Source of the DNA: Saccostrea cucullata
Lineage: Eukaryota
Direction of reading: 5' to 3'
Length of the DNA stretch: 64,000 bases
NCBI RefSeq assembly: GCF_032062105.1
Contig: NW_026933222.1
Span: 124,001 to 188,000 of the forward strand
The notes under the pieces were generated by a model. It was not told the DNA's origin and did not search any database. It saw only the letters and a list, made by a program, of their open reading frames with translations. How positions within the stretch are numbered: position 1 is the first letter of the stretch; each line of letters opens with the position of its first letter. The position numbers and the translations under genes were made by a program. Below, piece by piece: positions 26,531 through 38,850 of this stretch.

Positions 26531-27173
26531 AAATGAACAGATTCATAATCAAATTTTCATATCTAAGACAGTGAAAAAAGAAAATATTTATGTTCAATTA
26601 CGTGAGATACAAGATTAACTGGATAGTTTATGTATTTTGCTACAACATTCAAGTGCAGTCATGCAAATGATTTTAAACATAATATACCACATTTTCTTTC
26701 AATGAAAATCTTGTATTTTAAGACTCATTAATCATTACAAGTGTTCTAATCTGTTACCCGATAATGTGAGAAAATTTTCAGAAAATAAGTAATAAACACA
26801 TTATTGAAAGATATCGTCTTCGTATTTGTAGTATTGCAAAAGGTAAAGAAACATGAAACGTTTCTAATTATTCCAAATGAATTCTACGCATGGTCTTTCA
26901 TAAATTTTCGATGAAACACACAAACTTATTGAGCAATAGGAGGGGGGGGGGGGTTACAAAAGAGTTTAAGACTAGGACGAAAAACTTAGGTTGATTGTGA
27001 AATTTTGTAAAATCAATCATTCCTCTTAAAATTGGTACCGGAATATAAATTATTCAATTTTGTATGAAAAAATATTTAAACAATTTTTAAATTAATGTAA
27101 AATAAAAGTTAAAAGCAAAATGAAATTTTGGTTTTAGGTGAAAGTTCTTTTATAAACGGGCTCCTGGTTTTAT

Positions 27174-28371
27174 GGGGGGACCTATGTCCAAAAAGTCTTT
27201 GTGTGAAATTTTTAAAACTTTCACATTTCTTTCCTGACCACTTGATCTTAATTTTTAGGTATTAAAAACAATACCTTTATATGCTTATTTTTACACGGGA
27301 TCACGTGCAAAAACAGTGTGAAATGCTAAAAATAGATTATTTTCAGACATTATTGTTGTTCTAATCCAAATATGCGATAAAAAGACCCAAAAATGTCAAA
27401 TCACATTCGAAATCAACATTTATTTAATTTATATGACTTGTATCTTTAAAATGAAGGCAAATTCATTGTAATTCATCTCGCATGAAAAATTATAAAGGAG
27501 CACAATGTGTATCACCCCGTTGTCGTATTTTTTACAATTCCGACATGCATAACAGGTAATATCTTAAAAAGTCTTTGTGTGAAAATGTTGTAATTCATAT
27601 GTTTTGAAAGAAAAGACCCCTCTCTTTATTTTAACAAGGTAAGAAGTGTACCTTTATGATAAAATAAACGAGAAATATGACGTTTTCTTTTATTTTCGTA
27701 CTCTTCTGTCATAAATATTGACCTTTCTGCACTAAAAAAGGGTAAGCTAGCACTGACAAACATATGAATATAAAACTATTTTGCAAAAAACGAGTATTTT
27801 GTTTTGATAAGAAATAATTTAAACAGATATACTCTTTTTTTCTTCATTCTAATCATTCTGCCCCCCCCCCCCCCTTCCACGTCAACAAACAACACCTAAT
27901 AGAACCTAGGAATGACTTTATACAATAAAATCTACATACACTATAAATCAATAAGTAAATATAGGTACAAGTACATTTCTTATTTTTTTTTTCTTATTTT
28001 TATCCAGAAAATACAATTAATGGTAATAATAAAATTAAACATATTTCCCGAATTTTAGCAGCTGTCTTTGCTGAATTTCATCTTATATTTTTTGCATTTT
28101 TATATCAGCATATCATAGAGGTATTTCTTCACAACTGAAATTGCTATGAATTATCAACCAAAGGAATTCTGATATTAACAAACTCCATAAATCAAATAAA
28201 ACTGTTTTAAATGATGAAATTTTTTTCTTTTTGTAAACTGTTTACGTTTTTGATTAATAACAATGTTATGCTTGTAATCACAGTTGCAAAAGTCAGCGGG
28301 AAAAAAAACAAACGTCGCTATTGTGACGTCACATAACGCTGCTTTGACGTCGAACGACATAGGTCCCCCCC
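27174..28371. mobile_element. 1.2-kb non-autonomous DNA transposon with 4-bp TSD (Kolobok-like)
   Basis: TIRs GGGGGGACCTATGTC / GACATAGGTCCCCCC; TSD TTAT. The empty site CTGGTTTTATAGTTCATG is visible in the paralogous unit at ~25961. Confidence 0.85.
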
Positions 28372-28551
28372 TTATAGTTCATGACTGTTGAGTCCTTTGT
28401 GACGTCATTCGATATTCAATTGTGACGTCATTCCATTCGATATTCAATTATGACGTCACAATAAACCTGCAAGAGATCTTCAAGAAGCCGAAAGACGTTT
28501 CGTTTCCAGGCTAAGACTTTTTCTATATTATTTTAACCAGCCGCGTGAGAT

Positions 28552-29124
28552 ATGGAGAAGAGAACAAATTATAGATCCGCCATAAAGCGGTTGTTTACTT
28601 GCAGAACTTACCGTGAGCCCGAGCAAGCAAAAGAGCAGGAGGACTTCTTTCAGAACAGAGATACCGGCGAGACATTTATCGCCATGGACCCCAGACCTAA
28701 GAAAGGGTTCTCACATCAACTTAGACAACTTCAAGACTTCTTAAGACGTGTGTTTCACATTGAGAGGAAAATGAAGATTTTGAAGAGACCTTCTTCAGAG
28801 TTAGAAACAGCCAAACCAGCAATACTGCTGTATGCCGCCAATCCATTGGTTAGGAACCCTAACTTTAAACATCTTCACCATGCAATAATGTTTGGAAGGG
28901 ACGAAGCAGAAATAGAACGCTTTGCTGTTAAATCTCAGCTTCCATCCCATGTGATGCCGAGCAGAGGAAACAAATCTTTGTCAAAGACCTTTCCCGAAGC
29001 ACAAATCAAGAGTGATTTAAAGATATGCGTTCTCCATGTTCCAGAGGAAATTGATCTTGTAACGGAACAAGATGATGTAGACAAAGAGGATGTCATCTAC
29101 CTTCAGAATAGAACAGAATCATGA
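28552..29124 (+). CDS. Uncharacterised intronless 190-aa protein, tandem copy 3 (intact; ancestral TAG changed to CAG adds 6 aa)
   Basis: Long ATG-initiated ORF in AT-rich DNA, three upstream CREs, AATAAA ~240 nt downstream; no domain I recognise. Confidence 0.65.
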   Translation: MEKRTNYRSAIKRLFTCRTYREPEQAKEQEDFFQNRDTGETFIAMDPRPKKGFSHQLRQLQDFLRRVFHIERKMKILKRPSSELETAKPAILLYAANPLVRNPNFKHLHHAIMFGRDEAEIERFAVKSQLPSHVMPSRGNKSLSKTFPEAQIKSDLKICVLHVPEEIDLVTEQDDVDKEDVIYLQNRTES

Positions 29125-29755
29125 TCAAATTTTCATATCTAAGACAGTGAAAAAAGAAAATAATTGTGTTCATTTAGTCAGATATAAGATTGACTAAAAA
29201 AGGTTATGTATTTTGCTAACATTCAAGTGCAGTCATGTAGATGATTTTAAACATAATATACCACAATTTTCTTTCAAATGAAAACCATGTATTTTAAGAG
29301 TCATTAATCATTACAAGTGTACTAATCTGTTACCCGATAATGTGAGAAAATTTTCAGAAATTATGTAATAAACACATTATTGAAAGATATCGTCTTTGTG
29401 TTTGTAGTATTGCAAAAGGTAAAAAAAAACATGAAACGTTTCTACTTATTTCAAATGAATTCTACGCATGGTCTTTCATAAATTTTTAATGAAACACACA
29501 ATACGTTTTGAGAAATGGGGGGGGGGGGGGGTGGTTTACAAAAGAGTTTACGACTAGGACGAAAAACTTAGGTTGATTGTGAAATTTTGTACAATCAATC
29601 ATTCTTCTTAAAATTAGTACCATAACATAAATATCTTATTCTATTTTGTATGAAAAAAAATATTTAGACAATTTCAATTTTCAAATAAATGTAAAATAAA
29701 AGCAAAATGAAAATTGGTCTTAAGTGAAAGTTCTTTTGTAAAACGGGCTCCTGTT

Positions 29756-29879
29756 CTGGGGGCCATAAAAGTTAGATGAGCTCACTTTTGATCTCAGTCT
29801 CATTTTTCCACTATATTTTCCTTTGGAAAAGGTGAGACTGAGATCAAAAGTGAGCTCGTCTAACATTTATGGCGCCCAG
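29756..29879. mobile_element. Palindromic ~124-bp MITE (PIF/Harbinger-like)
   Basis: Arms CTGGGGGCCATAAAAGTTAGATGAGCTCACTTTTGATCTCAGTCTCA / TGAGACTGAGATCAAAAGTGAGCTCGTCTAACATTTATGGCGCCCAG; absent from the paralogous site at ~25960. Confidence 0.75.
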
Positions 29880-30039
29880 GCCTGGTTTTATAGTTTATGT
29901 CTGTTAAGTCCATTGTGACGTCATTCGATATTCAATTGTGACGTCACAATAAACCTGCAATAGATCTTCAAGAAGCCAAAAGACGTTTCGTTTCTAGGCT
30001 AAGACTTTTTGTATAATATTTTAACCAGCCGCGTGAGAT

Positions 30040-30594
30040 ATGGAGAAGAGAACAAATTATAGATCTGCCATAAAGCGGTTGTTTACTTGCAGAACTTACC
30101 GTGAGCCCGAGCAAGCAAAAGAGCAGGAGGACTTCTTTCAGAACAGAGATACCGGCGAGACATTTATCGCCATGGACCCCAGACCTAAGAAAGGGTTCTC
30201 ACATCAACTTAGACAACTTCAAGACTTCTTAAGACGTGTGTTTCACATTGAGAGGAAAATGAAGATTTTGAAGAGACCTTCTTCAGAGTTAGAAACAGCC
30301 AAACCAGCAATACTGCTGTATGCCGCCAATCCATTGGTTAGGAACCCTAACTTTAAACATCTTCACCATGCAATAATGTTTGGAAGGGATGAACCAGAAA
30401 TAGAACGCTTTGCTGTTAAATCTCAGCTTCCATCCCATCTGATGCCGAGCAAAGGAAACAAATCTTTGTCAAAGACATTTCCCGAAGCACAAATCAAGAG
30501 TGATTTAAAGATATGCGTTCTCCATGTTCCAGAGGAAAATGATCTTGTAACGGAACAAGATGATGTAGACAAAGATGATGTCATCTACCTTTAG
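30040..30594 (+). CDS. Uncharacterised intronless 184-aa protein, tandem copy 4 (intact)
   Basis: About 98% identical to copy 3; paired CREs upstream; AATAAA at ~30878. Confidence 0.65.
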   Translation: MEKRTNYRSAIKRLFTCRTYREPEQAKEQEDFFQNRDTGETFIAMDPRPKKGFSHQLRQLQDFLRRVFHIERKMKILKRPSSELETAKPAILLYAANPLVRNPNFKHLHHAIMFGRDEPEIERFAVKSQLPSHLMPSKGNKSLSKTFPEAQIKSDLKICVLHVPEENDLVTEQDDVDKDDVIYL

Positions 30595-31448
30595 AATGGA
30601 ACAGACTCGTATTAAAAGAATCTTATTTTTTCAATGACGTTAGAGAAAGAAAATACAGTACCTGTTCCTATGCACCTACATCAGATATCAGATTGACCAT
30701 AAAATTCGCTTCTGTATTTTGCAAAAATATTAAGGTATTCGTATATGTTATTTTAAACATAATAGATGGCACAAGTTTTCTGTCAAGGAAAATGGTGCTT
30801 AAAAAATCAAATTAAAGACTTCGTGTACTAAATTGCAAACTGATAATGTAAAGATTTTTTTCTCTCAGAAATTGTATAATAAACACATTATTAAAAGATA
30901 TAGCACGAGTGTTTGTATTTTTCTTAGTATTGCAAAAGGCAAAGAAAGGTAAAAGAAACATGAAACGTTTTGAATTACAAATAAATTATACATATGCATG
31001 GTCTCTTTTAAACTTATAATGAATCTGAGAAATACCTTTTTGTTATTCCCAGCAAAAATTCTATATTCAATTGATTTTTTAGTTCTCATATATATTTCAG
31101 CATAATAAGATTAACTGCCTAGAAGCTTCAACATATAAAAGTTGTATAACATATATGTAGGCTAATTAAAAGAATTCACAGAAATGAGGGGAGCTGTTTT
31201 TTGGATATACCAGTATGACAATATGAATTTTAATTATTACATGCAATTGGTATGTATTGACAAGAAATTAAGAAGTTTCTCTTGTGAACTGAATTTTTTT
31301 TTTCGTATTCATAGAAGACTAACACAATCACCAATTATTTTAATTCAATTTATTTTACAGTATTAACAAAAACAAATGAAAACAAATATAAAAAAGATTC
31401 AACAATAAATAAGAATTGTCTGAAAACTAAGCGAAACGTCATTTAGAA

Positions 31449-34400
31449 TTAGTAATAAAAGACATTCCAGCAAACAGCGAAGACTGTCCAACCCATGTAA
31501 ACAGCGAACGCAATCCACCACAAGTATTGTTCGTATAGTCTCTGATCAAAGTTCTTCAGCACCAGCAGCCCCACGGTCAGTCCTGCCAGGGACCCCATTA
31601 AGTGGGCAGTGTAACTGACCTGGGGGAGTAAGTCTTTCTCCAGTAGTCTGTCCCATACTGCAAATCCCACGTCAGCACTAGCTACAACAGGTAATATAAT
31701 TGTCGTTTACTCATAAAGTACGTTTCATTAAAGTTTTTCTCTTGCAGTAAATTTATTTGATTTGTAAAGAGTGAGTTATCTGAATATTTTTTCTTGTTTT
31801 GCGTTCTATTAGGCGTATACTGTAGTCAAAAGTTTGGGGGAGTCGAGGAAAGTTGGTGAAAATTCAAAAATCCTATGATTTAGTTACGAGACTATGAATT
31901 TATTTCTATGGTTATTTCTATAGTTATTTATCTAGTTGATAAAAAAACTTCCAATTTGTTATTGGATATATAATCCTAGAAATGGGTAAAATAAACCATT
32001 CAATTTCAAGCTACAAGCTGACATCGTAATAAAGTTTTGAGTCTTGTAGAAAAACAATTCACTTGTTTCGTTTTGTTTTGTTTTTTTGGTTGTTGTTGTT
32101 GTTTCGCTGATAATCATTCCAATGATATCTCTTTACATTTTAAGATAAAAGTCTTACGCTTTTTATCTAGAGTATATCGATTTACAAATTATAGATTTTT
32201 TGTTCTTGATGAAGCCTAAATATTGGGATTGGAAAGAGGTGGGGGGGCTCGTAGTTCTATTTTTATTTTTCTACAGAAAAAATCATATCTGTAGTGAATT
32301 TATTTTAAAGTGACTGACAACTTTTAGAAAAATACCAGGAAACAGTTCAGAAAAGAAAAAAGTCTTTACCTATAATTAAAACAGCACCAACTTTAACGAG
32401 CCCGAATTCCATTTCAGAGTAATTCTACAATATATAAAAAAAATAATGAAGTCGTAAAATATTAACAGTCTAATTACAACACTTTTTATCAAGGATATTT
32501 TTATAACAAAAACAAATCATATTTTGTATGTTATTATTTTTGTGAAAAACAAGAACATGGCATGTCGATGCAATTTTCCTAACGTGATGAAAATGAAACA
32601 ACTATGAGATTTTCTTGTTAATGAGTTCATTCACAGACCAAACTACACATCAGTAGAGGATACTTGGCAAAGAGTGAATATCATAATAAGTTGTTACAGA
32701 CCAGCATGATGTTAGCCAGATGAGCTGCGAGTAAAGAGTAGACTCCCCCTGAGGCCCCTGCGAGGTACGCCTTCGTATCAAACACAGAGGTACCGAGGGA
32801 CCCTGAAACATAATGCAGACAACGGAAGTGAGGCCAATACAGAGTTATCAATTACATTAATCTACAATGCATTTAAGAAAATCTTTGGAATTGTGTTCCT
32901 TCATGCATTAAGTTTTACTTGATTCACTGTTCGACAATTTGAATGCCAGGGAGTGGAAGCTAGTATTAGTTTATCTTGCAGAAGACGTTCAAATTTTCCC
33001 ATAAAATATCATCATTTTGATTGTGAATTTGTCAAATTATGGTTGTACACGCAAACATTGATTTTTTATAACATTGTTGCTAATTTGCTATCGACATCCT
33101 TACAACATTCCTAACAAAAATCTGCAGTGATATTTATTAACTGTCTCCTAAAACTACAAATCAAGCCAAATTTTAGAAGAACTTGCAAAACTGATCTCAT
33201 TTTTTTTCCACGTTTTATTATGTGGTCGAAAATCATTGAACAAAATTTTTGAAAAAAAGGGGGGGTGTAAAAAAAAAAAGAAGGAAGTGATCAATTACTG
33301 ATGATACCTGCTAAGACTCCTGAAATGTACACTATCATTACTCTTCCTGACCCATGCACCATTTCCAGGGGGAGACCCACGAGAATCTGTACGAGCATGT
33401 TGAAAAATAAGTGGACCCATCTGAAATAAAAAGAAAAAGGATCTAATTCAAAATGAAAATAATAATTATCTTATGTATTTGTCTTCTGTTTATTCTCTAT
33501 TTTTATCTAAAATATTATTTCAAAATGTTTTATTTGACGCTGAATAATTTCTCAGTGGTGCACTTATGTGTCAGGGAAGATGTAAAACTCTATTTTGTCA
33601 AACAAGAGTAAATTGCAGATTCCATAGAATCAATCAATATCACTGAATTTATTTTGTTTTATTTCTTCCCAATTATTCTTAAATCAAATTACATCAAACA
33701 CTACAAGTGTATGACAATGACATTATTAAATATTGCATCTAAAATACATTAACTTAATACTTATACCTTGAAGACTCCTTGTATCAATTTAGCATTTTAC
33801 AAATTACAAAGAATCTTAGTAACAAGGAGTACATATTTTAAATCAAATAATTTTGATGGTGGTTCATTAAATGAGAATTGAATAGCTTTACAATAACTTA
33901 GAAATAATTCAGAATAAATTTGAACAGATAGATAAAAAAAAAAATCAAATTCACTATCTACACCTTCTCCCTAACTATTCAGCTGGATTTGACACAAAAA
34001 TTTTCACGATATAGTCTGGAAATTCAAATTTCTTAAGAAAGAATCGTGAATAAACAGAAGCTGCTAGACGGGCGCAAATTTTTAAGATTAATTAAAGCTG
34101 TTTTTCAAGTGATAAGGTTGAACTTTCTGCTAAGGGTTAAAAAAAATTCAAGAAATATTAAATTCCCTTTGCAAAACGTGTTGACAGAATCTTGTCCCAG
34201 TAGCCCTTGCATTTTTCAGGCTTTTTACCTTCAAATCAATTTATAATTTAATCATTTTATGAAGAGTACCTTCACTGTTTATGAAATCTACAAAACTGAT
34301 AGAAAAGAAAATGAACAATAGAACAGATGACAGATTTGAAAAAAAACCTCAGATATTGAGAAATGAAACAAAAAAATCCACACACATCTTTTATCAATAA

Positions 34401-35814
34401 TTAAAACCTTTTTTCGATGTTGGCCCGCTAGAGTTATAGCTCTTACCCTGCATGGATGAGGGTGTACGTGATGAACCGCCATAACTGAATCCTTCTGTCT
34501 GGTCTGTAGATAAGAACACTCTCTACTGGTATTGGTCCGTTTGCAGAAATGACCCCGGCGTCCAAACAATGATACGTGAAGAGGCCGATCTGTTTTAATG
34601 TAACAAATAAATTCGACTATACGAGTACAGTATACTTGAAACAAAATCAAACACTCGGGTGAATTCCGTAAAGAACACTCCATGGTATCTATATTTGCAA
34701 AACAAACTGATCCTTTGCTCTAAACGATAATATGTTTTTGAAAAAAATGAGTCCTGTTATTATGTCCCATGTAATTACTCTTATATAGATCTTCATGATT
34801 GGACAAAATATAATTACGACGATATACAACCGATAATTTAGTCACATTTAAATCTTTTTTAATTCATGTTTTTTTTTTCAAATATTTGAAAATATTTTTA
34901 ATTTTTTTTTATCAATAGATAAGTAGGTACTCAAGTCGAAATATGCACGAAACATTTTTTTGTCCCCCCAAAAAATAGCCTATCCTTTAAAGTTGCGGAT
35001 AATGAAGAAATGTCTTGTATTTATTCAAATAATAATTTGAGGGTAAGGAATTAGAATATCGCACAGGCATATAAAAATGTGCTCATGTGAAAGTTTTTTT
35101 TTTAAAGATGAAAGACTAAAACAGTTTTAAAGAAATAATGATATATATTTTGTGAAACTTTATGCATATTTTTGCTATTTTGATCATTTTGTATTTAGTC
35201 CATCCATAGCATTGTTTAAATGCACAATGAAAGCTTTCAGTATACATGTACTCTAAATTTACATAATGTATTGTATAATCACATATTTTGTGGGTCAAAT
35301 TTTCGAGGTTTTAGGAAAAATATTGGTTTATGGGGATTTGATTTCGTGGTTGGCTATGTATTGAGTAGTTTTAATATGAAATTTTATATTTCGTGGTGGA
35401 CATGAATTCGTTGGTCTATTCATACCTCGAAAACAACGAAAATTAACCCCCAGGAAAATAAGTGATTCCACAGTATTTGATATATTATGGAAAATGTTCG
35501 ACCTTTTGATTTTTTTTACTTCATTTAGTGCTATAAAATGTGTGATGTTCAACAATATATCCTTGATTTATTTACATACAGAAACTTACTTCAGCTAAAG
35601 TAATAACAGGTATGAACCAAGGAGGGGGGCAGCAGGTATATCTATCAGCATAATATTGCCTGTCACTCTCTTTTGTCAAGAAGCCTTTGGCAACGTAGCG
35701 CACCATCATCTGAAAACATGGGGATTTCCTTCGCCTGCGGAGGAGACGGGGTCTTAGGTATGTGGTACTACCTTGGTCAGTCTCGTGGGAGGAGCAGGGG
35801 GACTCGGCATTCAT
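31449..35814 (-). CDS. Rhomboid intramembrane serine protease (RHBDL/rho-like), 6 exons, ~289 aa
   Basis: Exons 35590-35814, 34447-34589, 33308-33420, 32702-32802, 32370-32424, 31449-31681 (870 nt, phases consistent). Motifs [25 protein letters not shown], catalytic GASGG and AHLMG. Confidence 0.93.
35270..35476. mobile_element. Degenerate Tc1/mariner-type MITE in rhomboid intron
   Basis: Right end GATTCCACAGTA with ATTTCGTGG repeats; left end degenerate. Confidence 0.45.
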
Positions 35815-36564
35815 CTGTAAGGAAAGGTAGGAATCGGCTTATTATTATTGATACAGATCGAAATGTAAGTGTAGAGATTGTCTTTTTTAGTATAAAGCCA
35901 ACCATATGATAAGGTAACCAAGTAAAGTAAATGTAGAGAGTTGTTTTTATGCTCTCCTAAGATACAGGGTTATATTGAGACAAGACCTTTCAATGGGTGT
36001 AAATACTTTTTTACCTTTTAACTTTGACCTTAGAGTTTGACCTACTTTTAAGAAAACTGTAAACTTGGCCATAACTTTTGAATGGTTAGCACTAGGGCTT
36101 TCATATTTCACAGGTCTATTCCTTATAACAAGACCTTCCTTTGGATACCAACGATCACTTGATTGTATGGATGATACATCTAAGTATGCAAGCTATTAGC
36201 TTGCTTCGTACAAGTGACCAGTTTAGTTATTTTTTGAGCAGGTCCATTTTAAAATAGACATGTTACTACAAACCCGATGTTGACCAAACTTGAAAGGATG
36301 ATACAATTATTGATGCAGTTAACTTTTCTCGTTGCTTTGGAAATGGGATTTTACTCATATTTTACTAATAAGTGACTTATATACAGTTTTATGGGACAGG
36401 TCCAGTACCAAGGAACTAAAAGCCCTCCCTGAACCAATCTTGCAAGGTTGCATCAAACTACAAGATTTTCCCCTAGATGCTGGTTTTCCAGATGATTGAC
36501 CACTATGGTGAATGCCAAATACCAATAAACTTAAGCACCTATCTGAATCAAGCTTAAAGGGATG

Positions 36565-36776
36565 AGGCACGGATCCAGAATTTTTTTTAAGGGGCGGGGG
36601 GAAATATCCACTTTGAAAGTCAAAAAAAATTCCAATCTAGAAATTTCTTGACAAGAAAAAAAAACGTAATCTCATTTCTCAAACTTTAAAAACCTACTTC
36701 GTTGGGGTGGGGGTTCACTTTTATACATTTAATAACTCTACCAATTCCAGGGGGCCCCCGTCTAGATCAGCGCATG
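36565..36776. mobile_element. hAT-like MITE
   Basis: AGGCACGGATCCAG ... CTAGATCAGCGCATG termini, flanked on both sides by GGGATGA. Confidence 0.5.
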
Positions 36777-37268
36777 GGGATGATGCATCAAATAGTTACC
36801 ACTACCAGTCAGTGCTGCTTCAGATCCTGGATCTGAGTAAAATTTCCGGATATGTGACCAGGTTAAAGTTCTTAGAGCATACTAATTCCAGTGTTACCGC
36901 AAGCCGTATTTTAAATTAGACTACACTGGATGATGCATTTAAATGAAGAACACTCATAAACTTAAGTACTTCAGTCACTAAATGAATCATTTTCTGGATG
37001 CAATGCGGTATAAAAATTGAGAAAAGAAAGAAGGAAAGAGAGGAAAGGAAAAAGCGGAGGTAGAGAGTTAGAAGTCCTCCCAAGTGCTGACTGCTAATGC
37101 TTATACGTAGATGATTTGATCAACTTCATTATCTGACAAATTAATGAATATTCACCTAAGAAATTTTTAAGTTGATATTGAGTTTTGAATAAGAGAGATG
37201 GAGGGGGTTAGAAAAAGTAGAGGTGAATATCCTTAGAAAAGAGGATTCCTTGGAGTAATCAAAAAGCT

Positions 37269-37528
37269 CATGCGCGGGTCTAGAAGGGGGGGGTCTGGAC
37301 CCCTCCCCTGGAATTTGGAGAGTTATTAAATTTATATAGTTAATTAAGTTGGTATGAAAGTCATAGGTATGAAGAACTACCCCCCCCCCTCCCCGAAATA
37401 GGATTTTCATGTTTTGGCGAGGAGGTAACTTTTTTTTTGCTAGTCAACAAATTTCTGGGGTGAATTTTTTTTCACTAGGGTGGACCCCCCCCCCCTCACC
37501 CTGGAAAAAATTCGTGGATCCGCGCCTG
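37269..37528. mobile_element. hAT-like MITE
   Basis: CATGCGCGGGTCTAG ... GGATCCGCGCCTG termini with G/C-run subterminal motifs; no matching TSD seen. Confidence 0.55.
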
Positions 37529-38850
37529 CAGCTACTTTCAGAGGTTGGACTGGAGGTATAAACACTTATCCAATTATAAAAAGGAGGCCACTCGGCGGTA
37601 AAAGGGGCCTCAAAAAGTCCCTTGTGAAATTGATGAATGATTAAATGAGAAAAATTAAAAATGCGAAAGGCGTTATAATATCACATAACCTTTTCCTCTA
37701 CATAAATATATCGTATTGTTTGTAATACAAAATCATAAACTAAATTAACATACTTATGAAGAACGTGTGGTTGTCTTTTTAAAAAATTTATTTATAGATA
37801 ACAAGGTGATTATTTTATTTTACATTTTGAAATAAAACATTATGTTTTTAAAAAAATGCATTATACGCAAGCAGGAAAAAGCTTGAAGAAAAATGTTTAA
37901 ACTGACTTACATGAGCCTTTCATTTCCTAAGGTTTTACTCCCAATATTTTCATTTTCATAATGTTCTAGAGATCTGAATAATTCTTGTCGCACAGAAATT
38001 GGGTAAAATGTAGTTCTGAAAAATTGATGACATGTAGAGTCATTATAGTGGCCGCGACCATATTGGGTAAAATCCTATAAATATTTTATCATTCATTTTA
38101 GCTCAATAACAAGGGAAGGTATCCATAATCAGGCATCCCGATGAAATATCAATTATTCAAAAATAATTATATATTTCTTTTGAAAAAAAGAAGAATTTAA
38201 GGTCTAGTAATAAAAATATGAAAATAAAATCAATTACTAAACAATTTACTTCATTAAAACAATCCCCTTGGGACAGTTTCTTCAATAACAACAAGAATAA
38301 GTTAAAAAGAAATATTTTAGGTCATATTTTCTCATTTTTCCACAGTTTATTAATTTCTTTGAGTTTATTTACAAAGATATTAACTGAAGCGAAGAATCGT
38401 CGTGTGCCGACTGTTCAGTTCCGGATGGCTATATAACAGATGGCGAAATTCAATATGTAAATTTTCTGCTGTCTGCCTGTTTGACTTTTAAAATATTTAT
38501 ACCCAGTATATGACAGTCAAATAGCGATTTAACATAAAAGCTGCCATTTAAATCACTCTAATACCTTGTAATTCTGTCGAAAAGTGTTTAATTCATATTA
38601 ACGTATTTCCATCCACACAATGTTATGGGTTCAAAGTAGAAAAACTGCATTTTCACTAAAAATAGTGAAGATTAAGTTATAATCTAAAAAGATGTATAGG
38701 TTGCAATATTTTTTAAAGAAGTAAGACAAATCTAAACGGAAGTGTCTGTCAGCATTAAAAATCGTTCATTTTTAGGTTGTTAACATTACTAGTATTATCA
38801 TGTAAACTTTGGTTAAAATATATTATTCTGATGCTGAAATTTCCAAAGTA

